NCBI RefSeq assembly: GCF_009914755.1
Contig: NC_060929.1
Origin: the human T2T-CHM13v2.0 reference genome, Homo sapiens
DNA length: 64,000 bases
Strand: one strand, 5' to 3'
A program made the position numbers and the translations under genes. The notes below the pieces were generated by a model. That model saw only the letters and a program-made list of their open reading frames with translations. It had not been told where the DNA came from and searched no databases. Within the stretch, counting starts at the first letter, position 1. The number at the start of each line of letters is the position of its first letter. Shown piece by piece: positions 49,651 to 64,000 of the stretch.

Positions 49651-50563
49651 AAACTCAGCTACCTAAAAGTATGGCTGAACATTCAGAGATTATTTATTTA
49701 TCAAACCAATTTGATTTAAAGGCCATTTATCTTTATCTTCTCTTTCTTTCACTTTACAAGTTTTTGTAGTAAAAAGATCATAAGGTTAATGGATTTCATC
49801 TTTTAAGAGAAACAAATGCTGCAAAAATCTTTTCTCCTTCAGCATTGTCCTATGCTTCCTCACATTTGCATAACAAATTTTTACTGATGTTGAATTCTGC
49901 CTCCAAAAACTCTGACTGAAAAAGTCAATAGGTTTGGGATACACTGATGGGCAAGGAAAAATTCTTTTAATATTCACCAACAGCTAATAAGATCTTCCTA
50001 GGACCATAGCATGGTATCTTCCCAACCTCACCTCACCTCCAAAAAGTACATAAAGTAAAGGGGAGATAAATATATAAATATGCGCTTTTAAAAGTGTAAT
50101 TGGTAAAAACTAACATGCAGTAATCTCCATAGATTTTGTTGTAAACAATCATCTACATTATTTGGACACAGATTTTCCCATAGAAACAATAGTATAAATG
50201 GTGTTTCAGATGCAAGGAAAAGCTCATATGATTCTTTTCAACATAAAATAAATATTCAAATAGTTCATTATTTTATGTAAACACATGACATTAGCTAAGA
50301 TACTTCAGTTGTGCATAATATAAACAAACTTAGGCTTTCAAAAGCATAGAAAGAAAATTTATTACAAGGATATAGGGATGTTTTGTGCAACCCCAAGACA
50401 TGTGAATATAGCTGAGTCCCATGGAGAGCCACCATGGCTTTCTCTCTAACACCAGGTCCTACTTATCTCAGTAAACCCGTTTCATTCTTTTGTCTCATTC
50501 TGCAGATGGCTTTTCTGAAACTCATTACACATGGCAGATTATAGCTGCTTCACACCTCTTTAG

Positions 50564-50981
<418 letters not shown>

Positions 50982-51114
50982 TAACTTGAGAGGGCAGGTC
51001 ATAAAGTATTAATTCATTAACTGAAAGATACATATTGATGAGCCAGTATGCACTAAACACTATTCTAAACATTCAGCTAGAAAAGAAAAGAAATATGCTA
51101 GCTTTCAAGGAACT

Positions 51115-52496
51115 TACAAAAGTGGAAAGCCACTTCACTCCCCATAAGCAGAGGGGATTCTACAACAAATATCCAACCCAGGAGTAGTCTTGGTCCCCAT
51201 GGGCTAGAAACTCTCTTCCTGCATACAGAGGCACCTGGAAACGTGGCTGGAGGAAACTCCTTTCACCCCATCAAGGAGCACCATTAAGGACTAGTAGGAG
51301 ATCCAGCAGCATGAGATAAACCAAGCAGACAAAAATATCACCACAAGACCTATGTCACCGAATCACAGCGTAAAAAAGTAATCAAGGGCCTTTGTACTAA
51401 ATCTAAACAGACTTGCTGCCTGCTAAAATAAAAAATTAAAGTAAAACTCATTGTCTCCTAAAATGACAAAGAAAATGTCAAGGATACAATTTAAGAATCA
51501 CGTGTCATATCAAAAAGCAAGAAAATCTCAATTTGTATGAGAAAAGACAAACTACTGATACCAACACTGAGATGAATCAGTGTCTGATAAAGATTTTAAA
51601 GCAACCGTCATAAAAATGACTGAATAAGGAATTACAAATTATCTTAAAATAAATGAAAAATAAAAATAACAGTAAAAAATGAAAATTATTATTTAAAGAA
51701 CCAAATAAAAATTATGAAACTGGAAAATACAATAATAGAGGGTTGTTTTTTGTTTTTTGTTTTTTGTTTTTGAGACAGAGTCTCGCTCTCTCTCCCAGTC
51801 TGGAGTGCAGTGGCGCAATCTTGGCTCACTGCAAGCTCCGCCCTGCCTCAGCCTCCCAAGTAGCTGGGACTACAGGTGCCCGCCAACATGCCCAGCTAAT
51901 TTTTTTGTATTTTTAGTACAGATGGGGTTTCACTATGTTAGCCAGGATGGTCTCGATCTCCTGACCTCATGATCTACCCGCCTAACAGAGGTTTTTTTAA
52001 AACTCACCAGATGGGCTCAATAGTAGAGTAGGGGTAACAGAGGATAGGGCCAATAAACTTAAGAACAAATCAATAGAATTTACCCAATAAGAACAAAGAA
52101 AAAATAGACTGAAAAAGAAATGAGTCCCAAGAACCTACAAGACTATCAAAAGATCCAATATTCACATTCTTTGAATTCCAGAAAAAGAGGAGAAAGAGAA
52201 TAGAATTGAAAGAGTATTCAGAGAAATAATGGCTGAAAACTCTCCAAATGCGGTGAAAGATCCAAATGCGGTGAAAGATATAAACACAAATTCAAAAAGC
52301 TAAGTGAATCCCAAGTAGGATAAACCCAAAGAAATCCACTCCAAGTCATTTCTAAAAACTCAACTATATGAGTATTCTAAATACGCCAATTAAAAGGCAG
52401 AGATTGGCAGACTGGATGAGAAAACAAAACCCAACCACATGCTATTTACAAGAAACATACTTCCAATTCAACAACATAGGTAAGTTGGAAGTAAAA
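51115..52496 (+). mobile_element. Old L1M 5'/ORF1/ORF2-start remnant; continues at 59881-60270
   Basis: gaaataatggctgaaaactctccaaat; ccaattaaaaggcagagattggcagactggat; host of the L1MA and two AluY. Confidence 0.7.
51742..51983 (-). mobile_element. 5'-truncated AluY with a ~21-nt internal deletion
   Basis: gcaagctccgcc|ctgcctcagcc deletion; ttagccaggatggtctcgatc; near-TSD aatagagg/aacagagg. Confidence 0.88.
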
Positions 52497-55400
52497 TACT
52501 TCTGGTTGCAAAATGGCAGTGTAGAAACAAACTGGCTTCACTCTCCCCTAAAGAAAACCAAAAACAAATATACAGCACCAAGATTTTCACCAGCAACATC
52601 CCAGAACACAAATATGAGAAATGAGAGCGTTCTCAAGGCCACAGAAAAGTGAAAAAACTGAGAAGTTGTTAAGAGAATCAGACTTCCATATCCACAACAC
52701 ATACCCCACATTCTGCCCAGCACCAAGCACATAGAAAATCTGCCCCCAACTCATGGTTTTTATGCTGGAAAAGGTGAGACTGAGGTAGTCAATCAGTACC
52801 CCTACCATCTTGGGTGCCATGACAGAAGACCTTTTTTGCCTTAACACATAGGAAGCATTGTGACTGCCTGATGGGAGAAATATCCCTAAGGACAGGAAAA
52901 GACAAAGTGGGAATACAGGGCTATCATCCCTGGCCCTGGAAACTGCTCTACCAGTTGACCTAAGGAGATGCCAAATCAGAATAGCCATTCATCAGCCCAA
53001 TACTGTAGGAGATACATTCCACAGATCCCCTGGGCACAAACAGCTTTGATACATTAGTGGGATAATGCCTTTGGGACCTTCCCAATTCAAGACAGGCAGT
53101 GTTCCAATTATTTAATAAAGCCAAGATGAACCTGGACCTAAGGTGCCACCTAGAGCCAAAAAGGAGGCAGCAACCTAGCAGTAAAAATTTCCTAAGCAAA
53201 TTTATCCAATAAAACCAAAACAAAACAGAGAAGACTGCAATAATAATCCTTCAATGCAAAGACATAGGTATATACACACAAGAAACAACAGAAAACAGGA
53301 AACTATGACTTCACCAAAAGGACAAAGCAAAAATCAAGTGACTGACTCTAACAAGATGGCAACTTGTGAACTCTCTGACAAAGAATTCAAAATAGAAATT
53401 TTAAGGAAACTCGGTGATCTCCAAGATAACAGAGAAAAGCAATTCAGAAATTTATCAGAAAAATTTAAAAGAGATTGCAATAATAGAAAAAGTCAAACAG
53501 AAATCTTGGAACTGAAAAAGACAGATGCTTAACTCATTACAGGCGCTGAACAGCAAAATAGAACAAGCAGAGGAAAGAATCAGTGAGCTTGAAGATCAGC
53601 TATTAGAAAATACACAGTCAGAGGAGGAAAAAAGAATGAAAAGGAACAAAGACTGCCTAAAAGATATAGAAAAGTACCTCAAAAGACCAAATCTAAGAAA
53701 TATTGATGTCCAAGAGGGAACTGAGCAAGACCAAGAGGTAGAAAGCTTATTCAAAGAGATAATAACAGAAAACCTTCCAAACCTTGGGAAACATATAAAT
53801 ATCTAGGTACAGAAAGGCCTGAGGACACCAGATTCAGCCCAAATAAGACTACCCTAAGAAATATAATAGTCAAACTCTCAGAGGCCAAGGACAAAGAAAG
53901 GATCCTAATAACATAAAATGAAGCTCCAATACATCTGGCAACAGACTTCTCAACAAAAACCATACAAGCCAGGAAGGAATAAAATGACATATTCAAAATA
54001 TTTAAAGAAAAAAAGCTGCCATCCAGTAATACTGTGTCCAGCAAAATTCTCCTTCAACTATGAGAGATAAAGTCTTTCCCAGACAAACAAAAGATGAGAG
54101 AAAGTCACCAGACCCATCTTAAAAGAAATGCTAAAGGCAGTTTTTCAATCTAAAAGAAAATAACCAGTAATGTGCAAAAATAAAATTTTTCAAGGTATAA
54201 AACCCATTGGTAAAATTAAATACACAGACAAACCCAGAATACTCTATAACTGTAATGATGGTATGCAATCCACATATAACACTAGTATGAGGCCCAAAAG
54301 ACAAACCTATCAAACAAAACAATAGCTAAAGCAACTGGCTAAGAGTAGACAATGTAAAAATTGAGACAACTAAAAGTCAAAATGTGGGGGGATGGAGTTA
54401 AAGTGTAGAATATTTTGTCTTTTACCTTTGTTTATGTCTATCTTTATATTTTTGATCTAAGATAAGTTGTCATCTCTTTAAAATAACTTGTTATATCTAT
54501 AAGTGTTTTCTGTAAGCATTTCTGTATAGTAACCATAGGGCAAAAATCTATAGTAGAATCACTAAAAATAAAAAACAACAAATTAAAACATACTACCAGA
54601 GAAAATCACTTAAACATAAAGCAAGAAAAAAGGAAAGAGTCTCAAAACAAGCAGAAAATAAGCAATAAATGGCAGTAATAACTCATTACTTATTAATAGT
54701 GACAATGAATATAAATTGTCTCAATTCTCCAATTAAAAGGCAGAGTGGATGAATGGATAAAGAAACAAAATGCAACTATATGCTGCCTTCAAGAAACCCA
54801 CTTCACTTATAAAGACACACATAGACTGGAAGTGAAGAGGTGGAAAAAGATATTCCACATGTACCTGCAAACTAAAAAGAACAGCAGTGTCAATATTTAC
54901 ACCAGATAAAATAGATTGCCAATGTAAGTTTGTAAAAAGAGACAAAGTCATTATGTAACGATAAAGGGGTCAATTCAGCAAGAGGATATAACAAATATAT
55001 ATGCACCCAACACCAGTTTCCAAATATATAAAGCAAACATTAATAAATCTAAAAGGAGAGATATACTACAATAAAAATAATTGCAATATATTACAGTATG
55101 TTATACTATTCTAGTTGGAGACTTTAATACCCCACTGACAGGAACAGATCATCTAGATACAAAATCAACAAATAAACAGCTGAGTTAAACTACACGCTAG
55201 ATCTAATAGGCCTAACTGACATTTACAGAACATTCCATCCAACTGCTGAAGAATACACATTCTTTCCTCAGCACATGAAACATTCTCCAGAATGGGCCAT
55301 ATGTTAGGCCACAAAACAAATCTGAACAAATTCAGAAAATAGAAATTATATCAAGTCTCTCTTCTCACAAAAATGTGATAAAACTAGAAATCAATAAGAA

Positions 55401-55735
55401 AAACTTTGGAAACTACACAAACAAATAGAAATTAATATGCTTCTGAATAATCAATGAGTTAACAAAGAAATTAAGGAAGTTTTAAAGTGTCTTGAAGCAA
55501 ACAAAAATAGAAATATAACACATCAAAATGTATGAGATATGCAAAAGCAACACTAAGAGAGAAGTTTATAACAATAAACATCTGTATCAAAAAAGTAGAA
55601 AGACTTCAAATAAATAACCTAATGATGAAAATCAAGGAACTAAGAAAAGCAAGAATAAACCAAACCCAAAATTAGTAGAAAGAAAGCAGTGATAAAGATT
55701 AGAACAGAAATATATGAAATCAAGATTTTTAAAAA

Positions 55736-56307
55736 ACTTTTATTTTAAGTTCAGGGGTACAAGTATAGGTTTGTTACATAGGTAAACTTGTATCATGGAG
55801 GTCTGTTATACAGATTATTTCATCATCCAGGTATTAAACCTACTACCCATTATTTATGTTTTTATGCCCAACAAAAGGCCCCGGTGGGTGTTGTTCTTCT
55901 CTAGGCATCCATGTGTTCTCATCATTTAGCTCCCGTTTATAATTGAGAACATGCAGTATTTGGTTTTCTGTTCCTGCATTAGTTTGCTAAGGATAATGGC
56001 CTCCAGCTCCATCCATGTCCCTGCAAAAGATGTAATTTCATTCTGTTTTCTGGCTGCATAGTATTCCATGGTGTATATGTGCCACGTTTGCTTTATTCAG
56101 TCTATCACTGATAGGCATTTAGGCTCATCCCATGTCTTTGTTATTGTGAATAGTGCTGCAATGAACATACGTGTGCATGTGTCTTTAGGATAGAATAATT
56201 TATATTCCTTTCGGTATATACCCAGCAATGGGTTTGCTAGGTCAAATGATATTTCTGTCTTTAGGTTTTTGAGGAATTGCCACACTGTCTTCCACAATAG
56301 CTGAACT
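55736..56307 (-). mobile_element. Antisense 3' fragment of an older L1PA (PA13-16-like)
   Basis: acttttattttaagttcaggggtaca...tacagattatttcatc; approximate TSD aagattttt(tt)aaaa near 55722 and 56308. Confidence 0.85.
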
Positions 56308-59168
56308 AAGATTTTTTTAAAATACAAGAGATAAATGAAATGAAATGTTGATTTTTGAAAAAAATTTTAAAATGACAATCTTTAGCTAGTCTAAGGAAAA
56401 AAGAGAGATGACGCAAATAAATAAAATCAGAAATGAAAAAGGAGATGTAACAACTGATACCACAAAATACATAGAATTATTATACACCATTATGAACAAC
56501 TATATGCCAACAAATTGGAAACCAAGAAGAAATAGATAAATTACTGGACACATACAACCTACCAAGACTGAACCATGAAGAAATAGAAAGCCTCAACAAA
56601 CAAATAATGAATAACAAGATCAAAGCCATAATAAAAAGTCTCTCATCAAAGAAAAGCTCAGGAACTAACAGCTTCACTGCCGAATTTTACCAATTATTTA
56701 GAGAACTAATACCAATCCTACTTAAAACTCCAAAAAAAATTACAATAAAGAGTAGGAAATACTTCCAAACTCATTCTAGAAGACCAGCATTATCATATAA
56801 CAAATCTGATAAGGAAAAAACAAAAAAAGAAAACTACAGGTCAATATCCTTGATAAACATATGTGCAAAAATTCTCAACAAAATGCTACGAAACTTAATC
56901 CAACAACACAACAAAAAGATAACACACCATGATCAAGTGAGATTTATCCCATGGATGCAAGGATGGTTTGACATATGCAAATCACTAAATGTGATATATC
57001 CCATCAATAGAATAAAGGACACAACCTATATGATAATTTCAATTGATGCAGAAAAAGGACAATTTTATAAAATTCAACATTATTTCATGATAAAAATCCT
57101 CAATAAATTAGGCATGGAAGGAACACACTTTACATAATAAGTGCCATATATGACAAACCCACAGCTGACATCATGCCAAATGGACAAATGCTGAAAGTCT
57201 TTTCCTCTAAGAAATGGAACAAGATAAGGATGCCCACTATCACCACTCTAATGCATCATAGTCTTAAAAGTTCCAGCCAGAGCAATTAGGCAAGAGAAAG
57301 AAATAAAGGGCATCCAAATTGGAAAAGAGGAAGTCAAACTGTCCCTCTCTACAGATGATATGAGTTTATATCTAGAAAATCCTAAAGACTCCACCAGACA
57401 AATCTTAGAACTGATCAATAAACTCAGTAAAGTTGCAGGATACAAAATCAACATATAAAAATTAGTAGCATTTATTAAATATATGCACCAAGAGTAACTA
57501 TCTGAAAAAAGAAATTAAGAAAGTAATCCCATTTACAATAGCTACAAAAAATACAAAATATGTAGAAATCAATCTAAAGAAAGATCTATACAAGAAAAAC
57601 TATAAAACTGATGAAATAAATTGAAGAGAACAAAAAAAAATGAAAAGATATTTCATGCCCATGGAGTGGAAGAATTAACATTGTTAACATGTTCATACAA
57701 CCCAAAGCAATCAACAGATTCAATGCAATCCCTATCAAAATACCAATGACATTCTTCACAAAAATAGAAAAAAAGTTTAAAATGTATATGGAATCACAAA
57801 AGACCCCAAATAGCCAAAGCAATCCTACTCAAAAAGAAAAATGCTGGAGGCATCATACTATCTGACTTCAAAATTTACTACAAAAGTGTAGCAACCAAAA
57901 CAGCATGATACTGGCATAAAAATAGATATATAAGCCAATAGAACAGAATAGAGAGCTCATTTATTAATCCATGCATTTAGAGCCAACTCATCTTTGACAA
58001 AGGCACCAAGAACATACAATGGGGAAAAGACAATCTTTTCAATAAGCAGTGATGGGAAAACGGAATAACTACAGGCACAAGAATGAAACTAGACTCCTAT
58101 CTCTCCATACACAAAAATCAAATTAAAATGGATTAAAGACTTAAATCTAAGTCCTGAAACTATGAACTTACTAGAAGAAAAACACTGGGGAAATGCTCCA
58201 GGATATTGATCTGGGCAAACATGTTTCAAGTAAGACCTCAAAAGCACGGGAAACCAAAGCAAAAGTAGACAAATGGGATTACATCAAGCTAAAAAGCTTC
58301 TGATTGCACAGGAAATGATCAACAAAGTGAAGAGACAACATGCAGAGTTGGAGAAAATATTTGTAAACTATTCATCTGACAAGAAATTAATAACCAGGAT
58401 ATATAAGGAGCTCGAACAACTCAATAGGAAAAAAGTGATTAATCTAATTAAATATTGGGCAAACAAACAGATTAGATATTTCTCCAAAGAAGACACACAA
58501 ATGGCCAACAACTGTATGACAAAATGCTTAACATTATTAATCATCAGAGAAATTCAAATCAAAACCATAATGAGGTAAAATCTCACCCCAGTTAAAATGG
58601 CTTTTATCCAAAAGACAGGCAATAACAGATGCTGGCAAGGATGTAGAAAAAGGGAAACGCTCATATGCTGTTGGTGGGAATGTAAATTAGTACAGCAACT
58701 ATGGAGAAGAGCATGGAGATTCCTTAAAAAACTAACCACTACCAGGTATATATCCAAAAGAAAGGAAATCAATATATTGAAGGGATATCTGCACTCCCTT
58801 ATTTATTGCAACACTATTGACAATAGCCAAGACACGGAATCAATCTAAGTGCCTATCAACAGATGAATGAATAAAGAAAATGCAGTATATACAAACAATG
58901 GAGTATTATTCAGTCATTAAAAAGAATGAAATCCTGTTATTTGCAACAACATGGATAGAACTGAAGGTCATTATGTGAAATAAGCCAAGCAAAAAGAGAC
59001 AAATGTTGCATGTTCTCATTGATATATGTGGGAGCTAAGAAAGTGGATCTCATGAAGATAGAATAGATTGGTGATTAACAGAGGCTGGGAATGGTAGAGG
59101 GAAGGGAGGGATGAATGGGGAAATATATATAAATGTATTTATTACCATTAAACCATACATTTAAGAAT

Positions 59169-59810
59169 AAGCATTCTACTATAAAGACACATGCACATGT
59201 ACGTTTATCGTGGCACTGTTCACAATAGCAAAGACTTGGAACCAACCCAAATGCCCATCGATGATAGACTGGATAAAGCAAATGTGGCACATATACATCA
59301 CGGAATACTATGCAGCCATAAAAAAGGATGAGTTCATGTCCTTTGCAGGGACATGGATGAAGCTGGAAACCATCATTCTCAGCAAACTAACACAACAACA
59401 AAAACCAAGCTCCACATGTTCTCACTCATAAGTGGGAGCTGAACAATGAGAACACATGGACACGGGGGTGGGGGTATCACACACTGAGGCCTGTTGGTGG
59501 GTGAGGGGCTGGGGGAGGGATAGCATTAGGAGAAATACCTAATGTAGATGACAGGTTGGTGGGTACAGCAAGCCACCATGCATGTGTATACCTATGTAAC
59601 AAACCTGCACATTCTGCACATGTACCCCAGAACTTAAAGTATAATAAAAAAAATTCTCAATAACATACTGGCAAACCAAATCCAGCAGCCTATCAAAAAA
59701 CTTATCCAACATGATCAAGTCAGCTTCATCCCCAGGATGCAAGCCTGGTTCAACATATGCAAATCAGTAAATGTAATTCATCACATAAACAGAACTAAAG
59801 ACAAAAAAAA
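59169..59810 (+). mobile_element. L1PA7/8-like 3' end (59169-59652) followed by ~150 bp of L1 RT-region sequence and a second A tract
   Basis: 3'UTR aatacctaatgtagatgac; whole unit interrupts the L1MA 3' end between two aagaat copies. Confidence 0.85.
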
Positions 59811-59927
59811 AAGAATGGCAAAGATCATAAACGTATAGGTGTTTTTTACCTCAATTTTTAAAATGTAAAATTTTTTTTAAAAGTAAAAGAATGGAAAAAA
59901 GATATACTATGCAAAATTGATCAAAAA

Positions 59928-60770
<843 letters not shown>

Positions 60771-61393
60771 GTTCTCATAGTTCTCTTGTTCTCAGAAAGC
60801 CTTAAAGGCACACATGATAAAAGAGGCAGGACTAAGGAAAGGTGTGAGAACAGTAGGTGGAAGTAAGAGGAAATTGAAAAGAGTGTAGACAGGCAATGGG
60901 TAAGGAATTGGGGATGATTGAAATAATGGAAGTAATATTAGGGAATTAAAGAAGAGTATGGGACAGAGGATACCCCACAAAACTAAAGATCACAGTTTGT
61001 CCTGGAAGTCCATCTCTATAGATTTTGGAATGCAGTCTACAACAAGAAAAGCTCTGGGTATCATCAGGAAATATACTGAGCCAAATACAGAACAAAATTC
61101 TATCCTTATTAAAAACTCATAGATAAGTCACACCAGAAATACCATGTGACTTTCCGTTTAACGAACCTCAAAACAAACAAAACAATGAGGCTGGAGAAGG
61201 TCCAAAGACACAAAATTAAAATGATAAAAGATATCTATTTGAACACAAACTAAAATAACTAAGTTTCTCTCTTATGAAAATATTAAGACTGTAGAGCAAT
61301 GGAGATAAATATCCCCCAAAACATGGATCAGGTATTATCTCTTCAATGTACTCCAAAGTATTAGAACAAGCACTCTCTTAAAACTTAAAAAGT

Positions 61394-61686
61394 AGCCTGG
61401 GCCTGGTGGCTCATGCCTGTAATCCCAACACTTTGGAAGGCCAAGGCAGGAAGATGGTTTGAGCCCAGGAGTTCAAGACCAGCCTGGGCAACACAGTGAG
61501 ACCCTATCTCAGAAAAAACTTAGCCATGCATGGTGGCATGACTGTAGTCCTGGCTACTCAAGAGGCTGAGATAAGAGAATTGCTTGAGCCCAGGAGGTCG
61601 AAGTGGCAGTGAGCTGTGACTGCACAACTGCCCTCCAGCAGCGTGAGTCATAGTGAGACTCTGCCTCAAAATAATAATAATAATAA
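61394..61686 (+). mobile_element. AluJ with (AAT)n tail
   Basis: ttgagcccaggagttcaagaccagcctgggcaacacagtgagaccct and ttgagcccaggaggtcga AluJ diagnostics. Confidence 0.9.
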
Positions 61687-62299
61687 TTTTACAATAAATA
61701 CTTTACGTGGGGGGAAGAATATGAAAGTGTCTCCCCATTTAATCACAAAATATGAATTCAAAAGGATGTGGAATAAAAAATTAACAAACCAAAGAATACT
61801 CTGCTGGTTTGGAGTTTCAGAAAGAATTCTCAGAAATAATGATAAAAAACAAAATTCTATTAAAATAGGGAGAGAAGAGTGGAATGGCTCTTTCAACACC
61901 ATGATAACAAATTTTCTTTTATAGTGTTTGAGCACAGTACACCTTTAGGAAAAGTTCAAAAATTTTTGAACCATCATTAATTTTCAAACAATTGTTATAT
62001 GACATACGGACATGGCAATGACAAAGCACAATGTTCCCTCAGTGCTGCCATGAACACTTAAATCACCAATTGCCAACATAGCCAGAAAATTGGTAGAAGA
62101 ACTATACAGTTTTACAGACTCATCAGTTACTTTGTCATGTGCCTTAGTAAATAAGGTAACTTCCAGACTGAGAGGCTGAGCACTAGAGCTCATAAATGTT
62201 TATTAAAAATCAATATATGATTTTTAAAAATAGATAAATCCTTGAACTTCCAGTTAAATATGAAGAATTGAACATACTTTGTTTCTACTGTCTCTCTTG

Positions 62300-63800
62300 A
62301 AATTCATTAAAATGATGGAGAAAAGATTTAAAGCTCGTAAGAATAAAGTAAGTCCAAGAAGCAATAACACAGACTAAATTTTGGAAGCTAGGAAGAGGAT
62401 TAGGGAACAAGAAAAGTCCCAAATCAAAGAAACTGGAAGCTAGCTTTTTTTGGACCTTAGAATCCAAGAGATTCTCAGAAATTGGAGTCATCATAGCATG
62501 CAATTGAATTTGATACAGGAGGACTGTTAAAGAATTTGTATAACATGTTATTGAAAACACAGATTCCCTCCTCCATTCCCACAGATAACTTAGAGATTAA
62601 ATCAGGGAGACTGTATCTATATAAAACCCAGGCAAGTTGAAAAACAGAAGGATTAAGTGAATGTCTGTATACTGAACAATAAGATGCATGGGTCCTCTCT
62701 CCTATTTGTCTCCAAGAACACCAGCAGACTTTAAATATCTTAGATAAGAAGTTAAAAGAATCATCTCTGAATTAACTGACCAGCACAAGTTAGGGAAAAA
62801 TAAAACTACAATAATAATTGAAATTCCATTCCTGAAAGACCCAAGCCAAATAACCCTTCGGTGAGGGCCACCAATCAGCAACCTACATCTCTGCCACAAA
62901 CATATACACACTTAAATTGACACACAACACTTCCAAACAGCTTTCTAGTGCCTCGCTCTTCAATGTGAACAGGTAGACAAGCAACATCAGATATTTTAGA
63001 AAAGCCTCCTACATGAAACAAAGACCAAAATGAACTGGAAAGTCAGAAACAGATGTCTTAAAGGGAGCCTGATATTTTACTTATTGTCTTTAAAGATGAA
63101 GAAAAAAATACTATATATATGAAAAAAAGAATGGCAAATTTTAAAGAAACACTCAAAGATCAAGAAAAAACTCTTGGGAATTAAAAATAAGATAGAAGAA
63201 ATGTCAAGAAGAATTAGAAGAAGTGGTTAAAGAAATCTCCAGAAAGTAGAGCAAATAAAAAAATAGAAAATGGGAAGGAGAAAAAAAGAAAATTTAACAA
63301 TGAGTCCAGGATGTCTACCATCCAAGTAACAAGAGTTCCAGAAAGAGAGACAGGAAATAAAGGAGAGGAAAGGAAATAAAGGAAATTATCAAATAAATCA
63401 TGCACAAAATGTTTCAGAATTGATAAAGTTAAATTTCCAAATTGGGAGTGGTTAACACAATAGACAGAAAAAGACTCACGCTGAAACAAAAGTGTATCAT
63501 CATGAAATTTCTCCACATAAGAGATAAAAATACATACACTAGAAACTTTCAGAGAGATAAATAAAGCAGGCAACAAAGAAAGGATAAGGCATCATAATGG
63601 CATTAAACTTCTAACTGGAATAAAGTATGCAATAGAGAAATACCTTCAATATCCTGAGGGAAAATTACTTCCAACCTCAAAGAACTCTAAGATAAAAATA
63701 AAGATACTTTTAGATATATAAATCATCAAAAATCTATTTTCCATGTGTTCTTTTTCAAGATCCTGAAGGAGATACTTATCCAAATTAGAGACTAACCCAC
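62300..63800 (+). mobile_element. HAL1 / ancient L1 ORF1-like remnant
   Basis: tcatgaaatttc, ataatggcattaaacttct, ccttcaatatcctgagggaaaattacttccaacct, ccatgtgttctttttcaag. Confidence 0.6.
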
Positions 63801-63801
63801 T

Positions 63802-64000
63802 GTATTAGTGTTCTATTGCTGCTATAACAAGTTACCACAAACTTAGTGGTATAAAACAACTTATTATTTTACAGCTCTGCAAGTCAGAAGTCCTAAAATC
63901 AATGTGTTAGCAGCCAGCAACCTTGCATTCCTGCTAGAGGATCTACAGAAAATCTTTTTTCTTGCCATTTCCAGCTTCTAGAGGTTGTTCTCACTCCTAG
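63802..64000 (-). mobile_element. MLT1 (B/C/D-like) LTR, runs off the window
   Basis: tgtattagtgttctattgctgctataacaagttaccacaaacttagtgg. Confidence 0.8.

Larger units (their letters stand above)
52497..59880 (+). mobile_element. Near full-length L1MA-type LINE-1 (5'UTR, decayed ORF1 ~53250-54180 and ORF2 ~54670-58990, 3'UTR) with two nested L1PA insertions
   Basis: Start acttctggttgcaaaatggcagtgtagaa; ORF1 and RT remnants (53254, 53525, 56607, 58273); candidate TSD aagtaaaa at 52489-52496 and 59881-59888. Confidence 0.85.

Noticed and set aside
61984-62193. 69-aa minus-strand ORF as a pseudogene or exon
   Set aside because: No recognisable family, poly(A), TSD or splice context.

Overview
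Repeat-dense primate (hominoid: human or another ape) non-coding DNA, either intergenic or deep intronic. I found no convincing host protein-coding exon, RNA gene or CpG-island promoter. Every long ORF in the track is a retroelement remnant (L1 ORF1/ORF2/ORF0, MaLR internal ORFs) or a shadow frame of a repeat. The left half holds two full MaLR proviruses (MSTA-type 4346-6582, THE1B-type 18199-20493), solo LTRs, MIR/L2, DNA transposons and a 5'-truncated L1PA3/4. The right half (34.7-60.3 kb) is a stack of nested L1s, including a full-length but dead L1PA3/4 and a near full-length L1MA. I did not find a new multi-gene system. The most interesting signals are mechanistic scars: a 48-bp copy of a nearby LTR next to a snap-back hairpin, a probable L1-into-L1 3' transduction, a twin-priming inversion breaking in a 3'UTR hairpin loop, discordant LTRs within one TSD-bounded provirus, and non-consensus substitutions shared by two neighbouring L1PA copies. 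Subfamily names come from recalled consensus sequences, not a database search, and boundaries of old elements are approximate.
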